Of a stretch of 64,000 nucleotides of DNA, positions 22,002 to 32,688 are shown piece after piece. Location of the stretch: positions 62,001 through 126,000 of the forward strand of contig RHPI01003488.1 in the NCBI GenBank assembly GCA_009103225.1, written 5' to 3'. The position numbers and the translations under genes are program-made. The stretch's first letter is position 1; each line of letters begins with the position of its first letter. A model generated the notes under the pieces. It did no database searches. It saw only the letters and a list, made by a program, of their open reading frames with translations, and was not told the DNA's origin. The stretch is from Chlorokybus atmophyticus. Its lineage: Eukaryota; Plantae; Mesostigma and Chlorokybus algae.

Positions 22002-24871
22002 GGTGGCGGTGGGATCTGTGGGAGGGAGTGGTGTTGGGTCGAAAGCAAACACGTCTGTGGCTTGGTGGTGGTGGTGGTGGTGGTGGTGGTGTTGAGCGAA
22101 CTGATTTATACTCCGTGGTGACGTGACGTAGGAGTTTTGGTTGTTCAGTCAGTATGTGGTACACACCAACGGTTGGTGTGTACCACGCGGCAGCAACCAT
22201 CATCCGATGTGCACATCGGATGATGGTTGCTGTCAGTCTTTTTCGGCAACGCTTAGGAAAAGCATCCTCATTGAAACATATGACCTGATTCAATTTGCTC
22301 CTGTTCACGACGCAACGCCTTTCGCGCTAAGGGTCAAAGGTACTATGTACTATGTACTTTACCTTGCATGGCAGAGCAGTCAACGCTACAAGTTCAGCAT
22401 GTCCAACCCCACAACCACAGCAAGCACAGCACCCACCAGTCAAAGACGCTTGAGTGTGACAGCAGCCAAGTTTTATGCCAACGCCGCCGCCTTCCGCCAC
22501 GCGGAGTAGACAAGGCCTAGTCTAGCCTGGTCACGCCAGGTCGCACATTGCGGCGGCGACGACTGGATGTCCCAAGGCTCAGCACCATCCGCCGCCACCA
22601 ACGCCAACACCACCCATTCCTAGTCACCCGTCGCGACGTCCCCGTGCCTCTCCGCCTTGTCCTTCTCGTCCTGCCTATCCTCGTCCTCCTCCGCCTGCTA
22701 CACCACAGCCGCCGCACCCAAGCTTGAACCGTGGCCCTGACCGACCATGCCACACACGCGCATGCGCGCACCACCTTTTCTTGCTTAGGCACCGTACCGG
22801 CACGCACGAAACGGTACCGCAACTTTGTACCACCGACCGGTCAGAGACGCCTTCAGTCCGGTAGCAATTGAGCGGAGCTTGCTACCACACATGAGGTCAT
22901 ATCCGGTAACATTCAATGTCACAAGGTGCAATGACCGGTAAAGATACGCCTCGCCGTTTCATGCGTTGGATACGTTACGCGGGCATGGTCATGCAGTCAA
23001 TGATGGTGGTATGACGTTGAATCAACGACTTGGCTTTTGGCAAGCCTAGCTGGCTTGCGTAAGCCTATGCACGTGAGGCGCGTAGTCCGCCTCGGTAGGT
23101 AGCGCGCCTTTTGTGCTGCATTGCGCGCTTTTGAAGCTAGATGTGCTGATGCGCGCCAAGTGACCTGTTGGCCACCGACATCATGGCGCGGATGGAGTTC
23201 CACAATGATGATGCCTTCGGCTGCTTGAAGCGGTGGCAAAGAGGCAGCCAGCAGAGTGTAGGGCCTAGCCTCAGCCTCAGGCCCTACACCTAAGGTGGCT
23301 AAGGCTAGGCCGCACCTAACGTGTAGGGCCTGAGCCTGAGTCTAGGCTTCACACGTAATTGGCATCCTATAAGGGTGTAGATTGATTGTAGCATTAGCTA
23401 TAATGTGGAGGCAGCATACATGAAGAATGCAAGTGTCTGATGTATCTAGTAAAAGGAATGTATTATTTTGCTCACCCACCTAATGCTTTACGACAATTAC
23501 AGAAAAGGGGCCTGGCCCCTTTGGTGTAATTGTCCCGGCGGACTGCGGCTATTGGGACCCGTTATTCGCCATGCAATGCACGACAAGCAGGAGCATTAAT
23601 AGGCATTGACTACCTTTCTAAGATGTGTCACCTAAAAAGGTGCAATTGACGCCATTCATCTTATCTTATTTCAGGCTTTTAGGGGCGATGCAAAAAACAT
23701 GCTACACACGTGCACTTTTCTCCTCTAGATGCACCTCTAGACGCACATTGGAACACAATTTGTTTCTCTACAGCAAAAAAGAGCAGATTCGTGAGCAATA
23801 AAGGTTTCAGCTGCAGCAGATATAACAAAACGTATAGCTGACAATGACCGTGCGTCTACCCATAGCCTTCAGCACTATTGTTTAAACAAGATCGAATGCC
23901 ATCAATGATTATCTGTTTCATCTCACGCGTATATGTACCAGATATACGGCATCGTATTACCTTAACCATATACATAAGCTATCAAAGATGATGCATGAGT
24001 CTTGGTCATAACAAACAGCATGAAAGGCACCAACAAACAACTATACACTAACTTCAAAGTAGTACTTTATCGTATAGAACATAGTTGCAGCGTACGCATT
24101 TAAAGTCCATTGCATACGCGTACATATGCGTATTGTATTAACAGTAATGCATATTTATAGCATGCGCCAATCTGCTGTTGCACCGCCAGAATCATGCCCG
24201 TCCTCCGGTTGGCATGCTATTTTGCACCGTGCGTCATCAAGTTGCGAATTGCTGGTGGCAAGCGGTCCGCAATGGCCCTAAACTCGGGGCATTATTCTGG
24301 CGATGGAGCACTGCAAAACGGGTGGATTACTACTAGGTTAACAACGGTATGCACGTATTATTACCGTACGCATCGGCGGCCTGTAATTCATACCCGTATA
24401 TACCCGTATACATGAACTTGCACTGCATACCCGTATGCCGTATGGTGCAATTGTGATTTAAGATATTAATACTTCAACCACTAAAACAATCAGCCTCTCC
24501 AAGATTATGGGGTTGATTGCTATGTGCAGCCATGTGCAAAGCATGCGTAGGGGTGATACAAACTAGCAGGCAGCGCCTATGCATATCAGCATCGGCAGGG
24601 CATCCACCAAAGCGTTAAACCATACCTCATTGCAGTGTAAGTAGCACACATTCTTTATTAATGCAAGTTTGCACAATAATGGCATAAACTTAACAATCAT
24701 CAGATGGTTAAGTGACACCACAAGTAGTGTTTATTAGGGGCTATCTTAGAAGATATGCGATTACACATACGCCCGCGTCAAAGGCACTCAACAATATTGG
24801 TGCGTCAATCACTGCGCGTGTAACAGTCAAGGCCGAATTTCGTGATTTTCATGGCCATTTTTGGCCTTAGT

Positions 24872-26361
24872 TGTGAGGTATCATGTTTTCCATGACTTGT
24901 GGCGGATATCGGCAAGCTGCGAGTTTGCCGCAGATATCGACCGGCCCAGGGCCAGTCTGGAAGACGCCAGAAAACGGAGGGCCAGTCGAGAAGGGCTAGA
25001 CCAGATTTCTGGAAGGGCCTGGCGCCAAGTAGTATAACTTGACCATATAAGCAGCGAATGAGGAGATCTTTGGTGCGTCGGCAAGGTCTAGAAGTGTGCT
25101 ACAAGATTCTGCAAGAATATCTTAGCTTCTAATTCCGTCTAGCGCTAGAATCGTCTAGACAGTAGCATGTGCAGACTGGTAGGTATAAAAGTGACATTCT
25201 ACAATTTGCAATACAACCTCTAGCTCCCTAGTTTCTTGTGTGCAAGCCTGGTGGTGGTTAGCAGGGGTTGCTAGCGTGTGTCCACTAGTGTGTGCTTGCT
25301 TGTGTGACGATCCAAGGCGCTACACAAGTCGGTGTGTAGCTTCGAGCGCAGGCGCGTGCGTACGCGAGTGGCGGGGCGCGCGTGTGTACTTGGCAGAGGG
25401 GGCAAGGTTCCGATGTGAATACCGTGTCTTGGTGAGAGGCTTGTTAATTGGAGCAACTCACAGGTGACAAGGCACGAGCACCGTCACACTGATATCGGAG
25501 CACGGTTTATGAAGGTGAGAGAGGAAGTGTGTGGGCGTTTACGCTTTTCATTCAAAAGCGGAATTTAGTGTGTTAGTGGAGATGGAGGATGCTCGCATGG
25601 AAGAGCTTCAAGCTGCCATCTTAGCATTGAGGGAAGAGCTTCATCACACTCAAGCGGCGGCACAAGCACAACGCGAGGCGTATGAGCATGCGATGGCGCG
25701 TGTACAAGTTTCCATGGCATCAAGCTCACGCGTGCATGTGAAGGTGCCAAAGCCCAAGTCATTCAAGGGTCAACGTGATGGAGATACAGTATAATGGATT
25801 TTCCAAGTATGGTCTTAGTTGAAGCTCACGAAGGTGCCCACGCATCTGCACGTGGAGGTTGCAGCGACACTGCTTGAAGGTGCAGCACTTGTATGGTGGA
25901 GACATCGATGTACGCGTGTTGCAAGTGGGTTGGCGCTACCATTGACCACCATGGAAGAGTTGGCACTGGAGGTCAGGCATCAATCTGTTCCCGTTGAGAG
26001 CGTGAAGGCCGCACGCGACAAGCTTGCAGACCTTGTGCAAATGGGGTCGATAATGGCGTACACGGCTGCGTTTCAGCGATTGGTGATGTCCATACCCAAT
26101 ATGACCGAGGAGGAGCGGCTGGACAGGTATGCACGTGGTTTAGACCCTTTGGGCGGTAAAGAAGTGGAGCTACGGGACCCGAAGACACTCGCGGAGGCTA
26201 TACGCATCGCGGAGCGTCTCGACACGTTGTACTTCAAGTCCACCACAAGAAACACTGATTGGAGGCAAAGGCATGGTGATCAGCCTCGGGGAGGCTTTCA
26301 ACATGTGTGGAGACGAGGAGAACCAAGTTTAGCGCTTGCCAACAGCGCGATACGCGGGTGA
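24872..26361 (+). mobile_element. Truncated Ty3/gypsy LTR retrotransposon: putative 5' LTR 24872-25488, PBS 25490-25501, pseudogenised gag 25582-26361
   Basis: TGTGA...TCACA termini; PBS-like TGATATCGGAGC (cf. tRNAiMet TGGTATCAGAGC); gag-type motifs KVPKPKSFKG, LLEGAALVWW, LVQMGSIMAYTAAFQRL, RYARGL, PKTLAEAIRIAERLD with in-frame stops. No pol or 3' LTR is seen, and the LTR start is tentative. Confidence 0.8.
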
Positions 26362-26800
26362 GATGTTTGTCCAACATATATATCGGTGGATGCAATATAC
26401 AACTGGTTATTTGAGTACCAAGGAGTTATTAAACTTACGAGCAACAACTTTTACGCATTCAAGCAGGGAGTGTATTGCACCGCGTAACGCAACTCTAAGC
26501 TATTTGAGCAACAACCCACTTTAAAGTATAATTGCACATGTATAAAGAATGCGTTGTTGTGACATGCATGTCATGTCGTGCATATGCACGACACATGCAT
26601 GCAGCAATGGGTGAAGGAAAATGGGGAGGTGTGGTAGAGTAATGCAAACCAACAGGAGAGGGCAAGTAAGTTGTGCTCCTGGGCCGGTAGAGTGGTAATG
26701 TTGTGATGGGCAATGGCGTGGTGCGCGCTGTGCTGAACCTTTTCTCCCAATTGTTGCCCCCCATAGCCACCACCCGTCCTTATGGCCATATGACGCCACA

Positions 26801-29800
26801 TGTATGAGCTTTCGAAGTGATGTAAGTCGCACTCACGTACAACAACACGGACAAACAGCCAGGACACCAGCACGCGCTATCTAATCAAGGCAGGGGCATA
26901 GCTAAGCGCAGTGCACTAGCTAAGTGTGTGTGGGGTGATGATGGAAGGATTTGGGTTGAGGGCGTGGGGCAAAGCAGCAGGGTACCACCTGTGGTCACGC
27001 AAATACAGGCATTAGGCCGTGGCTTCAACCAGACAGCAGCGAGACAACGGCAACATGGCGGGCGGTGTCGGTGGGAGTGGGAGTGGGAGTGGGAGTGGGA
27101 GTGGGAGTGGGGGTGTGGTTGTGCTGTGCTGTGCTGTGAGGTGCAAACGCCACAACAGCCGCCATAGCAGTGCTTGCGCAATTGTAAGACCCATATTAAG
27201 ACCCTTGGTGAATGCCTGCAGGCATTCTTCAATGGCCAGATCCAACGTGACAAGGCATAAGTCAATTGGTACAGCTAGAACGTTGCCAGCGGCAGTCACA
27301 GCGGTCACAGTTAGTCACCAAGCAAGCATCATCCACAGACTAATTAAGAGCATGCAAGCATTTAATATACGGGCAGAACGCTGCTCCCCATACTTCTATC
27401 CCACCACCAAACTTACCTCACATACCTATGATGTTGTAGAACATTTAATGGCTACCAGCATGTAGAGTCGCTGCTACGTTAACCAATACAATGTTCATGT
27501 CAGTCGCTGCTATGTCAACCAATACAATGTTCATGTCAACCTGTACATCCTTCCACGCAACTTGTTTAGCGGCACATGCATAACATATCCATGTGCTTGC
27601 ATATCATGCAGCAACTGCACCATCTTGGACACAAAGTGGTGCCTAAACGTGCATATGCACGTTTGTGATGTTTGAGCGCAATAACCTCACAAATTGTGAA
27701 ATTACTACGCCCAGTTTCGCTTATTGCGAGATGTGACTCTCTGAGTGCGGGGCTTTGGTTTTCGGCACAAACCTAAAAGGGGCAGTGTTGAGTTTGTTGT
27801 ACACTTCAATACACAAACCTGCGGATCTTCAAAGAGCAGTAGGTCCAAGATTGGGATGCCGACACCATGTGCTGTCTCTGACAATGTTAGCATGGCCTGC
27901 GGGTAGATACCACCCCCGGGTACAGGTAAGTTCAGTTCATACATGCAACATGCAAACTCAGGCAACGCTACCCCTAAAAAATCATCAACAAAGCGTAGCA
28001 CTTGTCGCGCAAACCTCAATGTCAAAGGTCTTTGCTCAAAATCCACCAACCTGGTGACAAAGTCGAGTTCATAAGTAAACAAGTTATAGTTTGCCAAGTA
28101 TACTCCAGCACTGTTGCCCATTGGGACGCTTACTAGGCATCTCACACGGGATCGGTTGTACCAACAGATCAGTGACCTATTAGTACAATTGAACCTGAGC
28201 GGGATGCACATACAAATTATTGATGAGGAACGCAGCATGGACGCAATGAACACACGGGTGACACCCTCGTGCACCACCGTAGTGTCGCTCGCCCAGGTTG
28301 TGGTAACCTCACTTGCCTGAATGTTGACATGCAGTTGGGTAATTCCATCACGGCGCAACACACGATCAAAAACCTTGTCCACAAAGACTTGCATGCGTTG
28401 TAGCAAGTCATTGTGAGCAAGGTTAGTATACGGTGTGGTAAAGTCAAACATTTGCAAGCAGACATGCTCACGCTTCCAATGTGGGCTACGGCTGTTGTTG
28501 TAAGAGTTGCGCATGAAGCCCTTGGAGTTTTTCAATATCCAACTGTGCAACTCCTCCCAAAAGGCCTCACTGCTTAGCACGTCCACCATATCAGACATAC
28601 CTTTGTAGCAACATGTTAACTACACAGCAGCGTCAAACAGGGTTGTAGCATATGCCGCTGCTATAAAGCGTGGCTTGGGGGGTTCCTTACGTAGCTTGAC
28701 TGTTACATACAAGTGAGGCAATCGTGCTGGCACTCCGTGTTTGACCATGGCAAAGCCGTGCTGCGTGTTGTATGCTTAATGGTTCTGCACGATGTCCTGC
28801 GCTGCCACCTCTGAAAGCTGGTAGGTGTCTATAGCTAGCCTCGTTCTGAGGCACTGCAAGTAATAGGCTTTACACACAACTGCCAGAGTACGACCACACT
28901 TATCCACCTGTGTAACCATCATATTGGCCTGCAAGTCCTTCAGTCGGTGACGGTCACCTTCTGTCATAGCAAGGTATGAAGGCAAATCGGGCATGTCTGC
29001 AGGCGGTGTGTGTGCTTGTGCATCAACCTCTGCCAACACAGCTTGCACCTATGGTTGCATAAAACCTGGCTGATGCTTACTTCGCTCCACAACATCAGCA
29101 AACTTGCGCACCCCCCGCCTGACTGACTGCAAGGTGATCTGCAAAGTTGCAACTGCAAGAGCACGAAATTAGCTCCAACCTTAGCAATTCAGTCAAGCGT
29201 CCTGACCCTGAAACTCCGTAGTCAAAAGTCAAAACATGTTGTCAGCATGCGCATATGCATTGTATGGCTCAACATCACAACCACACAACCACATCATCAT
29301 GGTGTTTGCAACTGCACCGTAGTTTTTGTAACCAGTGATGTCCCGTTGACAATGGCATCTTCTAGAGTTGGGCTGTACTTCCAGGTTGTGATGGGGTCTA
29401 ACCAGCGTGCTTGCATCTGCTGCGGCACTGCCACTCTGGCTGATTCCCTAGCCAAGCACGCCTGCAAGTTCAAAGTGTCTTTGAATTGGCCTTTGAAAGC
29501 ACATGTTACCAACAGGCGCGAGCGTGGTGGAGGTGTCCGGACTGAGTAGGAACAACAGGGCTTGTTTGATATTGGCCACAATTGCAATGGCCTTTATTGG
29601 GTCCAACTGCACAATTGGGAAGGCCACTCCATTTTGCGGATAGCAAGCGGCGACCATAATCTCTGGTTGCAAACAATCTCACAACATAAGCATACTGATG
29701 CGCAGTCCCATGCGGCACAGCACGTGCTGTTACAGCAATTTGGAATCTGCTGTATGCTGTGCGTGTGCGCTTTGCCTGGAGTGTTTCCTATTTCAAACCA

Positions 29801-31509
29801 CGTTGCGCATACGATTATGTTATGTAACAGTGGGCTCCGACCATTAGGCTATGGTAGCAAAAGATGAGGCCATAAGGTTTGTCACAATTTATCTCAAATT
29901 GTAACATTCCTCCCCAAGTTAACCCACGGGTTCCTCTTTATCTAATGAAGCACCTACTAGCCCACGTCGCCGTGGCCACGGTCGTACCATAACCGGTCCG
30001 CCCGCAGCCTTTGGAATCGGCCTACGAATGGTCATAACCGATCGAGCTGCAGCGACCATTCTCGCCGCGCGACCTGCCATCGCGGCGCGACCGCTCACGC
30101 GGCCATAGGTCAAACTGGCTCGGTGCGCAGATAGTGAACCTGCGCTCAGCCTAGGGCAAGCCGCCCCCAATTGATTTTTGCCCTTGGATCTGCCTCAGTT
30201 CCCTACGGGAATTGAACTTGCGACGTCATGCTCCGTTATCATTGTAACGAGTGGGCTCCGACCACTAGGCTATGGTAGCAAAAGACGCTGCCATGAGTGA
30301 GATTAGTCACAATTTATCCCACATCGTGACACATTATGCCAATCTAATCCTTCTCCCTGAGCCTGGCGACTTTGTGCCATGCAGCGTCGTCGATGTAAGG
30401 CACGCAAGGGACATGCTCCAACGGGGACACGCCCCACGTATGCAGTCCATCGCGAAGCATCCTAAACTCCACAAGCGTTGCATTTGGTCCAAACGCAGCC
30501 TGGGAGTGCTCCTTGAAACGCTCAAAGGCAGTGCCATACACTAAGCCCACGTACACAACCATACTACCAATTAGGGAGTACATAGCATAGATGACATGCG
30601 TTTCGTGAACAGGGCTGAGGGGTGCAGCAAGCGCATTGAAACTGTGCACCTTCACACGGACTTTGCATATGACTAGAAGTTGTAGCTGGTAGTGTGCGCG
30701 TAAGACTTGTCTTTTTACAGGTGCCCAGTCGGTCTGCGACATGTTGTCCTAGCAGGCTGAAACAGGAGCATGCACATGCAGTACCTAAGAGCGTGCAACC
30801 TATGCTGCCCCCGCAATCCAACAAGCAGCCGAACCAACCAGTCAGCAAGACCCAAATACCACGAACCGCGCACCCACGCACGACAGAGAAGGCACGTAGG
30901 GCTGCATGCAGACCCAGGGCGGCCGATGGCGATGAGAGTAGGGCTTATACAGCACCCAAACTGCAACCAGGACTCACTGGCGTAGTGTATGAGCTTGTCA
31001 AGTGATGCAATTCGCACTCGCATACAACACGGACAAACAGCCAGGACATCAGCACGCGCAATCAAATTAAGGCAGGGGCATAGCTAAGCGCAGTGCACTA
31101 GCTAAGTGCGTGCAAGGGTTGGGGGTGAGGGCGTGGGGCAAGGCAGAGCATGCAAGGCAGCAGGGCACCACCTATGGCCATGCAGATACAGGCATTAGGC
31201 CGGTGGCTTTGGGCAGGCAGCAGCGAGACAACAGCAGCAGGGCGGGTGTCGATGGGAGTGGGGGTCATGTACTGTGCTGTAAGGTGCAGATGCCACCACA
31301 GCCGCCATAGCAGTGCTTGCGCATTGTAAGACCCATATTGAGACCCTTAGTGAATGCCTGCAGGCATTCTCCAACGGCCAGATCCAACGCGACAAAGCAT
31401 AAGTCGATTAGTACAGTAGGAACGCTGCCAGTTGCAGTCACAGCAGTCACGGTTAGTTACAGTTAGTCACCAAGCAAGCAGCACCCACAGACTGACCAAG
31501 AGCATGCAA
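26801..31509 (-). mobile_element. Decayed Penelope-like retroelement with N-terminal GIY-YIG endonuclease (Naiad/Chlamys-type), flanked by ~520-560 bp direct repeats
   Basis: Direct repeats 26801-27357 and 30986-31509; GIY-YIG VIYAMYSLIGSMVVYVGL...ERFKEH (30344-30742); RT motifs VDKCG...VCKAYY, LPHLYVTVKLRKEPPKPRFIA, PMGNSAGVYLANYNLFTYELDF, RFVDDFL (27705-29050). Stops and frameshifts throughout. Confidence 0.85.
29823..30331 (-). mobile_element. TRIM (miniature non-autonomous LTR retrotransposon) inserted in the Penelope-like ORF
   Basis: Direct repeats 29823-29906 and 30243-30331 (TGTAAC...GT(A/G)ACA); on the minus strand a PBS-like TGATAACGGAGC (30230-30241) and a PPT-like TTGGGGAGGAA abut the opposite LTRs; no convincing coding capacity. 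Confidence 0.8.
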
Positions 31510-31669
31510 ACACATCTGAAGGAGGAAGGGAGAGGGGAAGGGAACTCATGGGCTGCCTGCTGACTGCATTGCCACTGCTGCACCGCTACATCTGCTGACT
31601 ACCGTTGTTAACGCTGCCCTGGTCATGTTGTACAGGTAATTACACGTGCATGCATGTGTGTTGCACGAA

Positions 31670-32452
31670 GTATGGGCAGTAGTGAAGGTAGATCAGTAGT
31701 GAACTTGGACATCCCGGTGGTGAATATAAGAGTGCGATGGTGTAGTGTGCTGACTGCATGCATGTTTGCTACATTCTCATGCATGCCACAATCCTTGCAT
31801 ACTATATTATACATCATGTATAGGGTATGCATCGTAGTCATTCCAGATCTCAGACATGTATGTTCTGTGCGCTTGGTAAGCAGCAACAGCAAGAATAGCA
31901 CTTCAACTATCACCACAACCACGACAACAACCCTCCTCCTACCCGCCCTACCTATACAGCGTGTCTATTGGCATGAATCGCGCATGGTGGTGGGGGCCAA
32001 GCAGCTGTCCTGTGCGTCGTCGTCGTGCTTGCTGATGCTCGCACTCCCAGAGTAACCTCTACCTCTGCGTGCCTGCTCTCTGCACGTCATCCCTACCCAT
32101 GTCATCTTCATGCGTGCTGCTTCTCACACCGGTACCACTTGAGGGTCTTCAACGATAGGCTCGAACTTGATTCTAATATGTCGCGTAGCGCTTAACTCTT
32201 CGTTGGCCCCCATTTAACTCTATGCTTGTCCACCTAGCTCTCTTGCTGTTGCTGCACTTGCACTGTTACTTGTCTTGGTATCTACATTCATGCACTCTTT
32301 GTGTAGTATAATAAATAGAGTGCAAGGATTGTGGCATGCATGAGAGTGTGACACACACATGCATGAGCAGTCGACTCACAACACCATGAAGCACTCTAAT
32401 CAACCACCGGGCTGCCAACCTAGCTGCTACCTACCTTCTCTACTGCCCATAC
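31670..32452. repeat. Diverged foldback/MITE-like element with ~140-bp inverted arms
   Basis: The left arm (about 31670-31812) matches the reverse complement of about 32305-32452, including the exact core CTCATGCATGCCACAATCCTTGCA and GTATGGGCAGTAG(T/A)GAAGGTAG. Confidence 0.7.
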
Positions 32453-32688
32453 CCATTAGACATGCAGGCATGCGTATGTAGTATGTCATGCACAATATGT
32501 GAAGCATGCTGGGCGTGCCATGCACACATACCCATCTAACTACACATAGCTATTGATTGACTTGATTCGCTTTACCGGTTATGATGTCATGTGCGCCATT
32601 TGGAATAATGAAACGTTCCTCAAGCGCTGCGGAAACAACATTTGCCTAGCATGTATTGTACAAATTGATCAGCATCGACATGGATCAC

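Noticed and set aside
22380-22830. Possible gene fragment, or repeat loosely similar to 52780-53000
   Set aside because: The similarity is confined to low-complexity C-rich sequence. No consistent frame or splice pattern.
26801-26845. Hammerhead ribozyme in the PLE direct repeats (rc ...CGTGAGTGCGAC...CACTTCGAAAGCTC)
   Set aside because: Only a partial TGA...CGAAA resemblance. The CUGANGA core and stem II are not intact in either copy, so a family consensus is needed.
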